Origin: Octopus vulgaris
Lineage: Eukaryota
Reading direction: 5' to 3'
Length of the DNA stretch: 64,000 nt
NCBI GenBank assembly: GCA_951406725.2
Contig: OX597836.1
Location: 39,060,001-39,124,000, forward strand
In this document: in pieces, positions 28,686-45,386 of the stretch
Layout of the letters: every line of letters begins with the position of its first letter
Numbering within the stretch: the first letter of the stretch is position 1
Notes under the pieces: generated by a model
The model's database searches: none
What the model was told of the DNA's origin: nothing
The model's input: only the letters and a program-made list of their open reading frames with translations
Program-made: the position numbers and the translations under genes

Positions 28686-28849
28686 ATTTATATAACGCTT
28701 AAAATACCAATTACGCTTGATGTATTGACTATCTATTGGTATTGGTAGAGATCCATCGGTGCCATGAGACCATGGGTATGAGCCTGGAGAATTCGTGTGA
28801 GTTAGTGATGTTGATGCAGCATCTGCTGCTGTTGCTGTTGCTATTGATG

Positions 28850-29197
28850 TTGAGCGAAGCGGTCTTCGTCCCAGAGCTTGCAAGATGGGAGAAGTCCGAA
28901 ACGTGGTCCTTTGCTATTCGTAAGACCCGCAGAAGAGAAAGCAGGTCAACCCCGGGCACAGAGAGCATCGACGGATGGATGAATGCGCATCCAGGCTCAG
29001 CGGTTGCGTAGGAAGTCGGGGACAAGAAAGAGGAAGAAAGAGTTTGAGAAAGTTGGAGCGAAAGAGTGCAACAGAGGTCGCCACCACACCCTGCCGGAGC
29101 CTCGTGGAGCTTTAAGTGTTTTTCGCTCAATAAACACACACAACACCCGGTCTGGGAATCGAAACCGGGATCCTCCGACCGCGAGTCCGCTGCCCAA
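28850..29197 (-). mobile_element. Family A SINE, tail type 3
   Basis: Family A head and body; 3' tail shared only with 55100-55366. Confidence 0.8.
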
Positions 29198-29430
29198 AGC
29201 ATCTGCTGCGGATATACAGGACCACTCGGGATCGGCAGTCTTGTATGCAGCGAGTGTATTTAAAGAAGCTCTCTGCAGGCGCTACTGGCTTTTCTTTTCT
29301 TTGAGTGCGATTTGCCTTGGTGGCAAGTTCCATTTTCTCTTCCCCTCGCTTCATCCCTTTTCCACCTGCGATTATTCATATATTCATACACACACATGCA
29401 AACATATACATACATATGCAAACACGCACG

Positions 29431-29487
<57 letters not shown>

Positions 29488-29510
29488 CGCGCGCACAATT
29501 ATATATATAT

Positions 29511-29730
29511 AAGGCGAGCTGGCAGAAACGTTAGCGCGCCGGGTGAAATGCTTTGCGGTATTTCGTCTGTCGTTACGTTCTGAGTTCAAATTCCGCCGAG
29601 GTCGACTTTGCCTTTCATCCTTTCGGGGTCGATAGATAAAGTACCAGTTTCGCACTGGGGTCGATGTAATCGACTTAATCCCTTTGTCTGTCCTTGTTTG
29701 TCCCCTCTATGTTTAGCCCCTTGTGGGCAA
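29511..29730 (+). mobile_element. Family B SINE in (TA)n
   Basis: Near full-length match to other copies. Confidence 0.85.
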
Positions 29731-29735
29731 TAAAG

Positions 29736-29780
<45 letters not shown>

Positions 29781-30160
29781 GAGAAAAAGGATTAGATACA
29801 TGTACACGCATGTACGTTTACACGCGTTTGTAATCCCCTTGTATGGCACGCTTAGCATTGCTTATATCAGCACTTATAAAATAATTATTCTCACCGTAAC
29901 CCATAATCATTATTATTCCGTAGTCATATTTACATTTCGTGCTTTCAACGCACTGCCGAGCGCAGTTATCTACGTGCCTTCGGTACGTGCAGTGTTTCAT
30001 TTTAATTTTCCTATTTTCATTGTGTTGACGGCACCCTACCTAAACAGATGAACAGTGCATTACGTAGCAGTGCTATTTTCTATGCGTTATGCATATTTGC
30101 AACTCTTGGTGTTGTGGATACGCATTCGTCTGCATGTTTTTTTATCATTCCACAAAGAAG

Positions 30161-30635
<475 letters not shown>

Positions 30636-30962
30636 CTTGCTGATGATTGCAATAGATACAGATGTATGTGCGATAAAGAAGAAAAACTTATTTGTCTTTA
30701 ATAAAACATTCTTCTTTGACACGACTCGGGTGAATTTTTGCAGAATAAGTGATATTCTGGAAGATAATAAATAATACTTTATCGAACATTTAGTGTTTTA
30801 TGTTGGTTGTTCATGTTGTAGGACATCTATCTTCATATGTAATACACATTCTTATGCACACGCGCGGGCGCACACCTACACTCACACACACACACACATG
30901 CACAAACACACACGTACAAATATATCTATAGGTAGGCATAAACACGCATTCGCACACAAATA

Positions 30963-30996
<34 letters not shown>

Positions 30997-31880
30997 TGTG
31001 TCTGTGTGAATATATTTACAGACTTGTGAAAAACACGCCCATATATTCATGTACACATACACACATACATACATACATATATACATACATACATACATAC
31101 ACACATACATACATACGTACACACATACACATATACGGACATAAATATATACATACATTTGAACATATGTGTGTGTGTGCGTATATATACTTTTGCAAGC
31201 ATGCATGTATATATATAGATATGTCTCAGTATACATATATGTATACATCCATCGAAATGGATATATATATATATGGACATAAATACATATATACAAATGA
31301 ACATATGTGTGTGTGCGTATGTATACATATGCATGCATGCATATATGTATATACATACATATATATACATATGCATGAATACATACATATATATATATGG
31401 ATATGTCTCAGTATACATACGTGTATACATCCATCGAAATGTGTGTATATGATAGAGAGAGAGAGTGAGAGAGTGAGTGTGTATGTGTCGTTGTGTATAT
31501 ATACAAACATATACATACTTATGCAGGTATGTCTGGGCACGCATGAACGTATTAATGTATGTGTGTATGTATGTATACAGAGACATCTCCATATGTTTAG
31601 TATACGCAGGTTTCTTATGCATATGCAAATAACACCGTATAGATATTTCTACATATTTATTCATAACCTACGCTAAGTTGGAACTCTACATATTAATGCA
31701 CGACCGACAACTTTCTAGTCTTATGTAAAAGAAAACTAGTTGCATCATTCATATTCTTGCTTATAGATAATAAATGGCTTCTCTATCGTTTCATCTGCTG
31801 GTAAGACAAAGGTAAGCGTTCTCTGAGTAGCGTTATGAACTATGAAGCCAGTTCCCTCTATTCTGAATGCTAGCTTTCGA

Positions 31881-32444
31881 AGAAGAGAAAGAGACATGGT
31901 ACCATGCTATCGTGAGTTCAATTTCCATTGCTGTACTGCGAAGTTACGGGGACGTAAACACACCAGCATCGGTTGTCAAGCGACGGTGGGGTGGGAACAC
32001 AGGCACACAATCATATATATATATATATGTATATGTATATACGACGGGCTTCATTCAGTTTCCGTCTATCAAATCCACTCATAAGGTTTGGTCGGCCCAA
32101 GTTATAGTAGAAGACACTTGCGCAAGGTGCCACGCAGTGGGACAGAACCCGGAATCATGTGGTTGGTAAGCAAGCAACTTACCACACAGCTTTCGAATTG
32201 AACGGAAGTTTGTAGACTGCCATTCCGTACGTAAAAGCAAACTGAAAGAAGCCCGTCGTATATATATATAAATATATATATATATATTTATATATATATA
32301 CATATATGATTGTGTGCCTGTGTTCCCACCCCACCCCACCGTCGCTTGACAACCGATGCTGGTGTGTTTACGTCCCCGTAACTTAGCGGTTCGGCAAAAG
32401 AAATTGAACTCACGATAGCATGGTACCACGTCTCTTTCTCTTCT
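31881..32444. repeat. Local inverted duplication (about 180-200-bp arms) including part of a family C SINE
   Basis: AGAAGAGAAAGAGACATGGTACCATGCTATCGTGAGTTCAATTTC.. is inverted at 32400-32444. Confidence 0.85.
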
Positions 32445-32514
32445 GCGCTGTTTTGTATAAATCAACTCTCACGATTTCAAAATAAAACTTTTTATTTTTG
32501 CTTGCTTTTCATCT

Positions 32515-32930
32515 TTTTATACTCTTTTTACTTGTTTCAGTCATTTGACAGTAGCCATGCTGGAGCACCGCCTTTAGTCGAGCAAATCGACCCCAGGACT
32601 GATTCTTTGTAAGACTAGTACTTATTCTATCAATCTCTTTTGCCCAACCGCTCAGTTACGGGGACGTAAACACACCAGCATCGGTTGTCAAGCGATATTG
32701 GGGGGGACAAACACAGACACATAAACATAAACACCCACACACATACATATATATACACATATATACGACTGGCTTCTTTCAGTTTCCGTCTACCAAATCT
32801 ACTCGCAAGTGTTTGGTCAGTCCGAGGCTACAGTAGAAGACACTTGCCCGAGGTGCTACGCAGTGGGACTGAACCCGGAACCATGTGGTTGGTAAGCAAG
32901 CTACTTACCACACAGACACTCCGACGCCTA
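32515..32930 (-). mobile_element. Family C SINE (CORE-like, internal TA/TG microsatellite, AAAAGAGT tail)
   Basis: Reverse complement of 59880-60305. Confidence 0.85.
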
Positions 32931-33356
32931 TTCATATAGGAAAATAAAATTGTTTATGAAACTTAAATTGGTTTCTGTTAATCATTAACATAGATAGAAA
33001 CAAGGATGAAGTGAGTGACAGAAAAAGAAGGGGAATGGGGAGAGAAACGGAGAAAGAAAGACAAAATTCGAGAGAGATAGTCGGGGGTCGTTCCAACAAT
33101 AAGTTCCATTTGTTCTGTTTACTGAGTATTTGTTTTGTTTGAATTTTATCTTACGTCAGACATCAGAGATAAAACATCGTCTTTTTTGGCGTCAAAAGTA
33201 ACTAAACAACTTTTAAATGGATTTTGACACCAAATATTGACAGAGAAGAAGATAAACTGAAAGATAAATAGTTGGGTGTATTTACAAATACACGTTTGTT
33301 TGCGTGTGCGTACGTTGGATGTGTGTGTCTGTATGTGTTTATACATACAGACACAC

Positions 33357-33401
<45 letters not shown>

Positions 33402-33417
33402 TAGATAGATAGATACA

Positions 33418-33451
<34 letters not shown>

Positions 33452-33760
33452 CATACACACACACACACACAGACATGTATACATATATATACACACACAA
33501 ATATATCTATACAGATAGCTTTACGAATTCCTATATAATACATATGTATATAATCGTACATACGTACACGTACACACACACATCTATACAGAGAGCGAGA
33601 GAGGGAAAGAAAGAGAAATAGAAATAGAGAGAATGCACGAGGGAGAGAGAGAGAGAGAGGGGGAGAGATAGAGTGAGTGAGAGGAAATAATAATTATAAT
33701 AAACTAAGAGATACGTAAGTTATATGATAATATTCTGAAAAACATCCTTTCTGCGTGTTT

Positions 33761-33801
<41 letters not shown>

Positions 33802-33961
33802 TAAATGTATATATACATATATATACTTATATACATACACATATATATATATATATATATACACATAAGGGTCATTTTACGCACATACACACACACATAT
33901 ATGCATGAATATAAGTGTATCAATATATATGTATATTTATATATATGCATATATACATACG

Positions 33962-34342
<381 letters not shown>

Positions 34343-35298
34343 GTATATATATATGTATGTGTGTGTATGGGGGCACATGACGTCTTGAAACGTTACGACA
34401 AAAAAGTACGAAGCACGAGTGCATAGAACATGAACTATTCTTTCGAACAACGAGAGACGCAAATGGAAAACAAAACAAAGAACATAAAGAACGACCCTTT
34501 ATCAGTTGTTTGCTGTTTTTTCTAGTTTCGTATTTCGAGCATTTAACAACAATATAGGCTTTCGATAAAACAGTTCCTCTCGCAAAGCAAATTAAATAAG
34601 ATTTGGTATTTTGCAGAGGGTCAAAATAGGTAACACGAATAGGACAGGGAAAACAAAGAAGAAGCGCTGCTAAGCCTGAATGAGATTGTGATGGCGAACG
34701 CTTGAATCAAGCTAGGACAGGAGACAAACAGGAACACGTCTTCTTTGTTCCAGCTACAACAGAGAGAAAGAAAGATGGCCGATGGTCAGGTGGGAGCCAA
34801 GTGATCAAAGGAGGTGGAATGAGGGAGAGAGTGACAGAGTAATAGGATACAATAGTGTGAGAAGTGGAGATAAAAGATTAAGAGAGAGAAAAAGAGAGAA
34901 ATACGAAAGAGAAACAAGATAGTATACAGTGCGCATCAGAATTATTAAACTTGGAAGAGAATGCGTGACGTTCAATCATATGATAATATAAATACTATAT
35001 ATATATATATGTAAAAAAATACAAACTGGGACAAGAACGCAAAACATTTAGAAGACGATACAAAAAACACGGACGGGACATTCGAACCCTTCAATCTTCA
35101 GTCAAGAACCGGATCATCCTAGCAATTTCGGCTGATTAATCTTGGGATTGCTCCGACCTGGCCAGCCCCAAATGAAAATCTAAGCCAAGCGCATTAGATT
35201 CCTTGGAAGAAAGCCTCGAATGTATACAAAACAAGGACGGGAAAACGGACGATGTTACACGAATAAGAATATAAAAATACGTAAAAAATACGTATATA

Positions 35299-35338
<40 letters not shown>

Positions 35339-35543
35339 TATATATAAAAAGAGAGTAATTTTCTTGAATGCTTTTACTATTTCAGAGAGGGAGTGCATTA
35401 TATTTACCTTTCTGTATACCGCGAATTTTGGTGGTGGTAGGAGTATGGACTGTAAACAAACATAGAAAGATGAAGAGTAGGAGAAAGAAAAAGCAACCAG
35501 AAGTGACAGAAGAAGAAGAAGAAGAAGAAGAAGAAGAAGAAGA

Positions 35544-35579
<36 letters not shown>

Positions 35580-36466
35580 TATAAAGAGGGGATGACTGAT
35601 AGAAAGGGGAGAGAGTAAACAAATATAGACAGAAAAAGAGTGGGAGGGGATAAGTAAGAGTAAAATAAGTTGAAAAGAGAGTAAACAAACATAGAAAGAG
35701 GAAGTGGGAGAGAGAAAAGAAAGCAGAAGACAGAGGGAAAGACAGAGAGTGAGAGACAGACAGACAGATAGAAAGATAGATATATAAAGAGAGGACGGCT
35801 GATAGAAAGGGTAAGAGAATATATGTAGGAGAGGGAGGTTGTGTAAACAAGCATAGAAAGGAGAGTAGGAGAGAATAAATAAGGGTAGGTGACTGAAATG
35901 TGACTGAAATGATAAAAAGATTGTATTATTATTATAATTATTAATTATTATGCTATAAAGTTGATATGAAAAGAAAGGTTATATATAATACAACGAATAT
36001 TTTAAAAATAAAGTATATGCAATTTTAACCAAGTTTAAGAAAGTTAATGGAAATTTTTAAAAATTGAAAAAATCGATTTTTCTAATGCGCCGCGAGGTTA
36101 CGGATTTGTAGTCAAGGCACGTTTGCCTGACCCAACGTTTTGTTGGGTCAAGCTAGGGCCTTCCCCATTCAGGGTAAGCAGCGGTGTCCCCAAATAGGCC
36201 TGCCCAGTCGCAGATGTAGGACCGAGTCCCTGGGTTCTCACCAGATCCCAGGAAGGCGACCATCTGGCATCTGCCGCCGACATACAGGTCTGGATTGAGC
36301 TTCTAGTTTCACCAAACCTGCTCCCACCGTCCTTACCCCATAGTCTTTGGGAAAGGAAGAGCTGGATCAAAAAGAAACCAACCAATGGCGTGAGTTTGTT
36401 TAAGGTGGAGATCACCTTGCCAAGGCACTTTGGCTCAAAATCCTTCTGCCACGGCACTACCTAGAT

Positions 36467-36667
36467 CAGTGCTTTTCAAACTTTTTGCTGGAGCGGAACC
36501 CCAAGGAAACATTCCACTGGCTCGAGGAACCCCTGTGCAATAATTTTATAGTCTTATGCACACATATCTGCACAGGAGAATTAAAAATTACTGCCGATTT
36601 TAGCAGTTTTGTAACTACTTGCGGAAACCCTGGACTGTACTGGCGGAACCCTGGTTGAAAACCACTG
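36467..36667. mobile_element. hAT (Charlie/Buster-like) MITE
   Basis: CAGTG...CACTG termini, 8-bp TSD ACCTAGAT/ACCTAGAG; inverse copy at 40130-40330. Confidence 0.88.
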
Positions 36668-37053
36668 ACCTAGAGTGACATTCGAGGTCCGGAAGATGGG
36701 TTGTAACGGAGTGTCGCTGGCTCCAGTGTCATTAGACTTGCGCCTTTCTAGCCAGTCCGTCTGGTATCGCCCTCTACCGCTAGAATCAATCGTTGAGTTC
36801 GGAGATCTAGCTTCCTCAGCTTGATACACCACTGGGGTCTTAGTTTGGTGTGGTGAGACACAAGGACAGCACTCCTGTGCCCTTGTTTGAACAGATCTTG
36901 TTTTTAGTTCTGATGGGTCCCTTCACACCCTCCTCCAAGATTCAGCAAGCTGAACCAAGAGGGGAGCCGGTTTAGTCGCCGACGACTCGACCATGACTGA
37001 GAGGGGCGGGAGTACATGGTTACTCGTTGTCTCCAAGAAGTGACCTCAGCACC

Positions 37054-37117
<64 letters not shown>

Positions 37118-37994
37118 CCATAGATAGATAAACAGACGCATAAACAGTCTCTCTTTCGATGATTTGATGGAAACACTTTCATGAGGCCGAAAACAAGCAA
37201 AATCAGGCACTCATGCGTAATTATTTCAGAAACGGAATAGCTGAAGTTAGACACTTGAAAGCAAGATATAGTTAAAAAGAAATATATATATATATAAATA
37301 AAACCATGCACCAGAAAAAGAGAAGATGCGTTCTGATCAAACCAGCCTCCAGCAAGAACATTTTTTGTTTTTTTGCTGAGCGCAGAAACCATATCATTTC
37401 TTAATCAATAAACACGAAGGCAACAAACCTCGTTGTTTATTCAATAAAAACAATGCAAAAGCTAACACCTACATGTAACAAGAATAATTTCCTTACTTAA
37501 TCACGGAAGCAATCGTCAAAAAGAACTGTCGTTTCCCATGGCTAACCAGTGAAGGCTGCTGTATTTGCAACAAACCACCAAAACAAAAGATGGTAGCATT
37601 AGTGTATCATACATTGTCTTCATAGAAGACTCCTTTAAAAGAAGAATATGCCAGCATATACACTATCCCAAGCACAGCCATAATTAAAAAAATCCCTGCA
37701 ACTTTCTCTCTTTCGAAGTACATTTAAAAACGAAATTAGCTAGGAATGAGCAGAGTGATTTTCAATGGTCTCTCTCTGAACTTGAGCTATTCTTTATATT
37801 AATAATAGATCAGAAGACAGTGGTTTATATTTGACTCAGAGCTATCACATCAAAAAGCGAGCCACAGCAATAATGAACAAAAAGACAGAGCTAGTATCGA
37901 TTTGCAGACACGACGTGTAAAAAAAAAGTTCAAATACCTAGAGTCTAATATGGAACTTTGATATGTAGGTAGCCAGAGGCACTATAATTATAAG

Positions 37995-39990
<1,996 letters not shown>

Positions 39991-40129
39991 ATGAGTATAG
40001 GACGCCACCAACTGTAACCAACATGAAGTACCAAAACAAATTATTTAAATACGCAAACAACGAGTGAAAATGGAAAACAGGACAGGTAACGCAAAGAACG
40101 ACCCTTCATCAGTTGTCGACTGTCTACCT

Positions 40130-40330
40130 CAGTGGTTTTCAACCAGGGTTCCGCCAGTACAGTCCAGGGGTTCCGCAAGAAGTTACAAAACTGCTAAAAT
40201 CGGCAGTAATTTTTAATTCTCCTATGCAGATATGTGTGCATAAGACTATTAAATTATTGCTCAGGGGTTCCTCGAGCCAGTGGAATGTTTCCTTGAGGTT
40301 CTGCTCCAGCAAAAAGTTTGAAAAGCACTG
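40130..40330. mobile_element. hAT (Charlie/Buster-like) MITE nested in a family D repeat
   Basis: CAGTGGTTTTCAA..TTGAAAAGCACTG, 8-bp TSD GTCTACCT/GTCTAGCT. Confidence 0.88.
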
Positions 40331-41369
40331 GTCTAGCTACTCCTCATTTCGATTGTTCAACGACAATATGAGTCTTCGAAGACAGTTGTTCCCATAACTT
40401 CCAAAATAAAATTTTGGATTCATGGAGGGTCAAAATTGGGAACAAAAACAGGACAGTGGAGGCATACAAGGAAACTGAAGGAAAACAAACATGGAAGGTT
40501 GTTAGACCAGAACGAGGTGAAAATAGTGAATTCAATAGTGGATTCAATTGAAGTCGTTCTCGTTGCATTTCTGCCAATGGAAAACCAGAAATTTTGCTTT
40601 GTACCAACCGTTTGTTTTATTCCTTGTTGTCTTAGCTTGTTCAGGCAATGACCAATCCTGTATAGAGTTTGTGAGTGTAATTTTCATTCAAGCATTATAA
40701 GATTAATTCTCGTGTCAACCATCACCTTCCTAAGATATATCTGCCACTGGCTCTTAAGGAAGTCTGTTTTAATCTGCTAGATACCTACACATTTCACTCA
40801 ATGGGCAAGTCCAGCAGGTGAGGTGTGTCTGTTTTGGCCGCCACGAATTATAGCAAACTTTTCGGGTTCAATTTCTCATCCAAAATCTTTAAATTTGATA
40901 AGACTTTCCCCAAATACATTTCGTTGGTTTTTCAACTTTGTCATTTTCTGTTATTCTTATTTGTTAACCACCGTTATTACCCCAAACTGAGAAAATCTAT
41001 GGCCTAACGAGTTCAAACAGTAACTATCTCTGTATTTTACTTTTTTTTTTTTTTCAACAACATTGTATCTAGAGAATGAGTATTCAATATTTCCTTCAAT
41101 TGTTCAAACGGTAAGGTGTGATTAAAGCAGATTTAGCAGTTATATCTAGCAAGTCAGTTATCTCAACAGTTTAGCTCAATGGCTCCTTTACGTGATGTAG
41201 TGTTGGCGCAAGTGAATTTTCAACGTCTGCTTCTTTCAGTTCTGTATAACTGATCACATGCGTATGGTCTTCAATTTATGACGTTGGGGGCCTTTCAAAA
41301 CAGTCATCTATTAACCTTTATTTTGTTCAATTCACTGATCAGCATAGTTAACCATTCAACCATTTCTCT

Positions 41370-41591
41370 CAGTATATCTCTGTCTCTGTCTCTGTCTCTT
41401 TCTGTCTCTGTCTCTGTCTCTCTCTCTGTCTCTCTCTCTCTCTCTACGTACTGCTAGCGATCGATGAAAATAGATATTTACATACATAACTGTATCTTCA
41501 AACATATACATACAAATAAATGTATGTATGTATGTATGTATGTATGTATGTATGTATGTATGTATGTATGTATGTATGTATGTATGTGATA

Positions 41592-41631
<40 letters not shown>

Positions 41632-41794
41632 CATATATATATATATATTTCACACATCTAGATTGTTCCAAGTATTAGTTTGAATATATATGTATTTCCA
41701 TATAATCTATTTCAATATATAATTTATCTTATGCATCTATACATACCCACACACCTAGACATACACATGTTTATCATATTTATGTGTATATATG

Positions 41795-41841
<47 letters not shown>

Positions 41842-41904
41842 GTATATGTATATGTATATATATATACATATATATATATACATATAAATATATATACATA
41901 TATA

Positions 41905-41960
<56 letters not shown>

Positions 41961-42351
41961 AGTATGTATCTACTTAGTAGGTATCTGCGCATTTATGTAC
42001 GTATGCATGTATGTATATGCACGTATACATGTATACAGACAGGCATGTGTGCTCACAACTGTGTGTCAGCAAAAAGGGATACTTTTTTTTTAGTTGACGC
42101 CGTCTAAAAATGCATGATCAAAAACGTTGCATATTTCGCTCCGTGTATTTCGTATTTCTATCTTTCTACATTGTCTTGGGTATGCGAGAGTAATATTAAT
42201 AAGTATGCATGCATTATTTGCGTATTATATGCATTATACGCTTATGAATAAGATAAATAGATATATTTTGTTAGGAATATATAAGTATTAATTCATAGAC
42301 ACATACACATGTTGTGTGTGTGTGTGTGCGATGAGTGTATGTGCGTCTGAA

Positions 42352-42405
<54 letters not shown>

Positions 42406-42551
42406 TATACATACATATATGTATATATATATATATACATATATATATAGATATACATACATATATGTATGTATATATATATATACATATATATATATAG
42501 ATATACATACATATATGTATATATATATATATATATATATACATATATGTA

Positions 42552-42601
<50 letters not shown>

Positions 42602-42700
42602 GATAATTCATATATATAATTCATATAATTCATACATATTCAAACTACACACACAGACACACGCGTGCACACTCACACACACATATATACACATGATATA
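41370..42700. repeat. Compound microsatellites
   Basis: Direct reading. Confidence 0.9.
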
Positions 42701-43128
42701 TTTTTTATATCATGAAGCAGTTTTTGAGTCTGTTTTCTGTTTTCTGTTCCTAACTTTTTTTTAAAAATCTTTTTGTTGATATTTTTCATTTCACGTTTGT
42801 ATTTTTTATCACCATAAAGGAATTGAAACCATTTTGCTCAAAATAAGAATTGTATTCATTTACAGAGAGATAAGACTAAACTATTAGAATAAACTCTACA
42901 TGTATGAATATAGAAGCATACCATTATTATCGGAACCATCAGCGGGCAGGGGAGGCAGAGACATGTAATTGTTCAGCTCAGTTCTACCATTGAATAAATA
43001 TCGGAAGCTTTGTGCTTATGTATTTTGATTCTTCATACTCCTTTCCTGAAGCTTAATGTTGTTTTTTCAGAACTTCATATGTTTCTATGTGAATTTGAAT
43101 TTACGCCCTTTCACAATCTCTCTATATG

Positions 43129-43184
<56 letters not shown>

Positions 43185-43627
43185 CCCAATCGATATAAAC
43201 GTATCTGTCAAGACCTACCAAAAACTGAGCAAATATAAAGATCTTGAAATAGAAATCAGCAAAATGTGGAAGCTGAAGACTAAAACAATACCTGTTGTCA
43301 TAGGTGCCCTTGGAATGATAGCAAAAGGGGCTGATTGCTACCTAACTCAGATACCAGGAAACCTAAAAATGGCAGAAATTCAAAAGATAGTGCTCATGGG
43401 AACTGCTCATATCCTACGCAAAATACTTTCTATGTAATCTCAAGTTTTAAAACAAACATAATTTTCGTATGTTTTTTTTTAGACATCCACTAGTACAACA
43501 CTAAATACAAAACCAAATATATGGCACACTAGGCATAACAACATGTACTTCCAACCTGTTGTCTCTTGAGGTCTCTGGGTGAGACTTGGAGCCAACTTGT
43601 ACAAATATAAAGCAAAAGTCAAACATA

Positions 43628-43628
<1 letters not shown>
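43185..43628 (+). mobile_element. Dong/R4-type LINE 3' fragment, same subfamily as 14521-16593
   Basis: PIDINVSVKTYQKLSKY..GTAHILRKILSM* nearly identical to the long copy; same 3' UTR end; (TAA)n on both sides. Confidence 0.92.
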
Positions 43629-43714
<86 letters not shown>

Positions 43715-43717
<3 letters not shown>

Positions 43718-44155
43718 AATTATTGTATACAGTGCTCAGGTGCACCACAACTTGTCAAAAGTGCGTATAAAGCATATGCAGTAATGTACAAATGTCTGGG
43801 AAGCGAAAAGTGTATGAGTCAGATACATGCTTGTGTGTGTATGGAGGGGGGAAAATCAGGTGTAGTGTTGGCGAATCTCAGGAAGCATGGAAGTTTTGAA
43901 GGATGCAGTGCTCCGACAACTAACAACTGATGCCGGCAGTTTGTTCCATGCTTCAGCAACTCTTAGCGTGAAAGAATGTTTCCGAAAGTCATGGGAGCTG
44001 TGCTGTTTTCTGACTTTGTAAACATGTCCACGGGTGTTAGACAGATGGAGTTTGAAAAGGTGCTCAGAGTTATTGTTTGTACGATGGTTGATAATTTATA
44101 GGTGTCTGCCAAGTCAGCTGCCCAGGGAAATAAGGCGTTCAGAATATGGCAAATA
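43715..44155 (-). mobile_element. CR1-like LINE 3' fragment
   Basis: Minus strand SNTRGHVYKV..DFRKHSFTLRVAEAWNKLPASVV..SFK, typical of the CR1 ORF2 C-terminus; 3' UTR ends in (ATT)n. Confidence 0.8.
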
Positions 44156-44644
44156 CCTGATGGAGGGTATTCTCTCTTTCTCTCTCTCCCTCACTCTAGC
44201 ACGCACATACGCACATATGTGTATCTATGTATATATGTATGTATTATGTATGTATGCATGCATGTGCGTGCGTATATATGTCCTGGATATGACTTTAAGC
44301 AGCGTCCGGTAGTAGGGCTCACGTATGGGAGTTTCGGGGTTTTGAGGAATGTGGAACTACCTCTTAACCACTATTGTTCCCATAGTACCCTTAGGGTCCT
44401 GGCTACGGGTTAGCAAACACATGAACGAATGAGACTGAAAGACCCTTAGTTCTCGCCAGAACTTCCTTCCTATACAATATCTGAAGTGCAGTCGGGATCT
44501 GTTGTGCCATTGTTGTTATAGCTGACTCTGCTGAAAAGTGGGTTCTGTGTTGTGCAACGTTATCAGATTCACACACAAAACTTCTTGGACTTTCAGAGCG
44601 TTTGTAGAGAATTACATGCATGTATGTATTTATATAAGTATGTA

Positions 44645-45045
44645 TTCCTTCCTACTATAGCCACAAGGGAAGAGACTAGTCGATTACATCGACCCTAGTG
44701 TACAGCTGGCACTTATTTTTATCGACCCCAAAAAGGATGAAAGGCAAATTTAACCTCGGCGGAATTTGAACTCAAAACGTGAGGACGGGTGAAGTCTCGC
44801 TAAGCATTTTGTCCGGCGTGTTAACGATTCTACCAGCTCGTCACCTTCCACTTTCATATTTTAGCACAAAGTCAGAAAGTTTGGGAGAGAAGTTAAGTCG
44901 ATTACATCGACTCTAGTGCTCAACTGATAATTATTTTATCGATCCTGAAAAGTAGAGTCGATCTCGACAGAATTTGAACTCAGGACGTGAAGATGGACGA
45001 AGTGCCGCTAAGCAGCGAGCTAACGATTCTGTCAGCTCGCCGACT
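44645..45045 (-). mobile_element. Two degenerate family B SINEs
   Basis: GAATTTGAACTCA and AACGATTCT..CAGCTCG motifs twice. Confidence 0.7.
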
Positions 45046-45386
45046 TTATGTATGTATATATTAAAGACAAAAGCACAGAATATTGCGCGGAATTTATTAT
45101 GAAAAAGCATAAAATATTTGATTTTTATCAAATGATGCTACCGGTTTCAATTGTTAAATACATGTAGTCATGAAAACAGAAAGGGAGTAATGAGGTGAAT
45201 GAAATGAAATTCATCTTCCATGATAACAGTTTTGAAAGTTCACATGGATGGTCAGGGGAAAGTAATGAACCTCATTCGTATATTTTAAATTCGGCGGTAC
45301 TGGACGTTGAATATGATCTGTCTGATAATGTTAGTTGGAGAGGTATATTCAATTTTTCCAGTGCTTTCGGAGTTAATATCGTGAAG

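Noticed and set aside
35010-35300. TA-flanked element with CTGAAGA and CCGAAA on the minus strand
   Set aside because: Motifs are in the wrong order and stems do not close; probably a repeat but not classifiable by eye.
40095-40390. Permuted (type II/III) hammerhead in the family D repeat (TTGTCG..CGACAA-CTGATGA-AGGG, minus strand)
   Set aside because: A stem I-like pairing and CUGAUGA are present, but no correctly placed GAAA with stem II and III pairing could be built.
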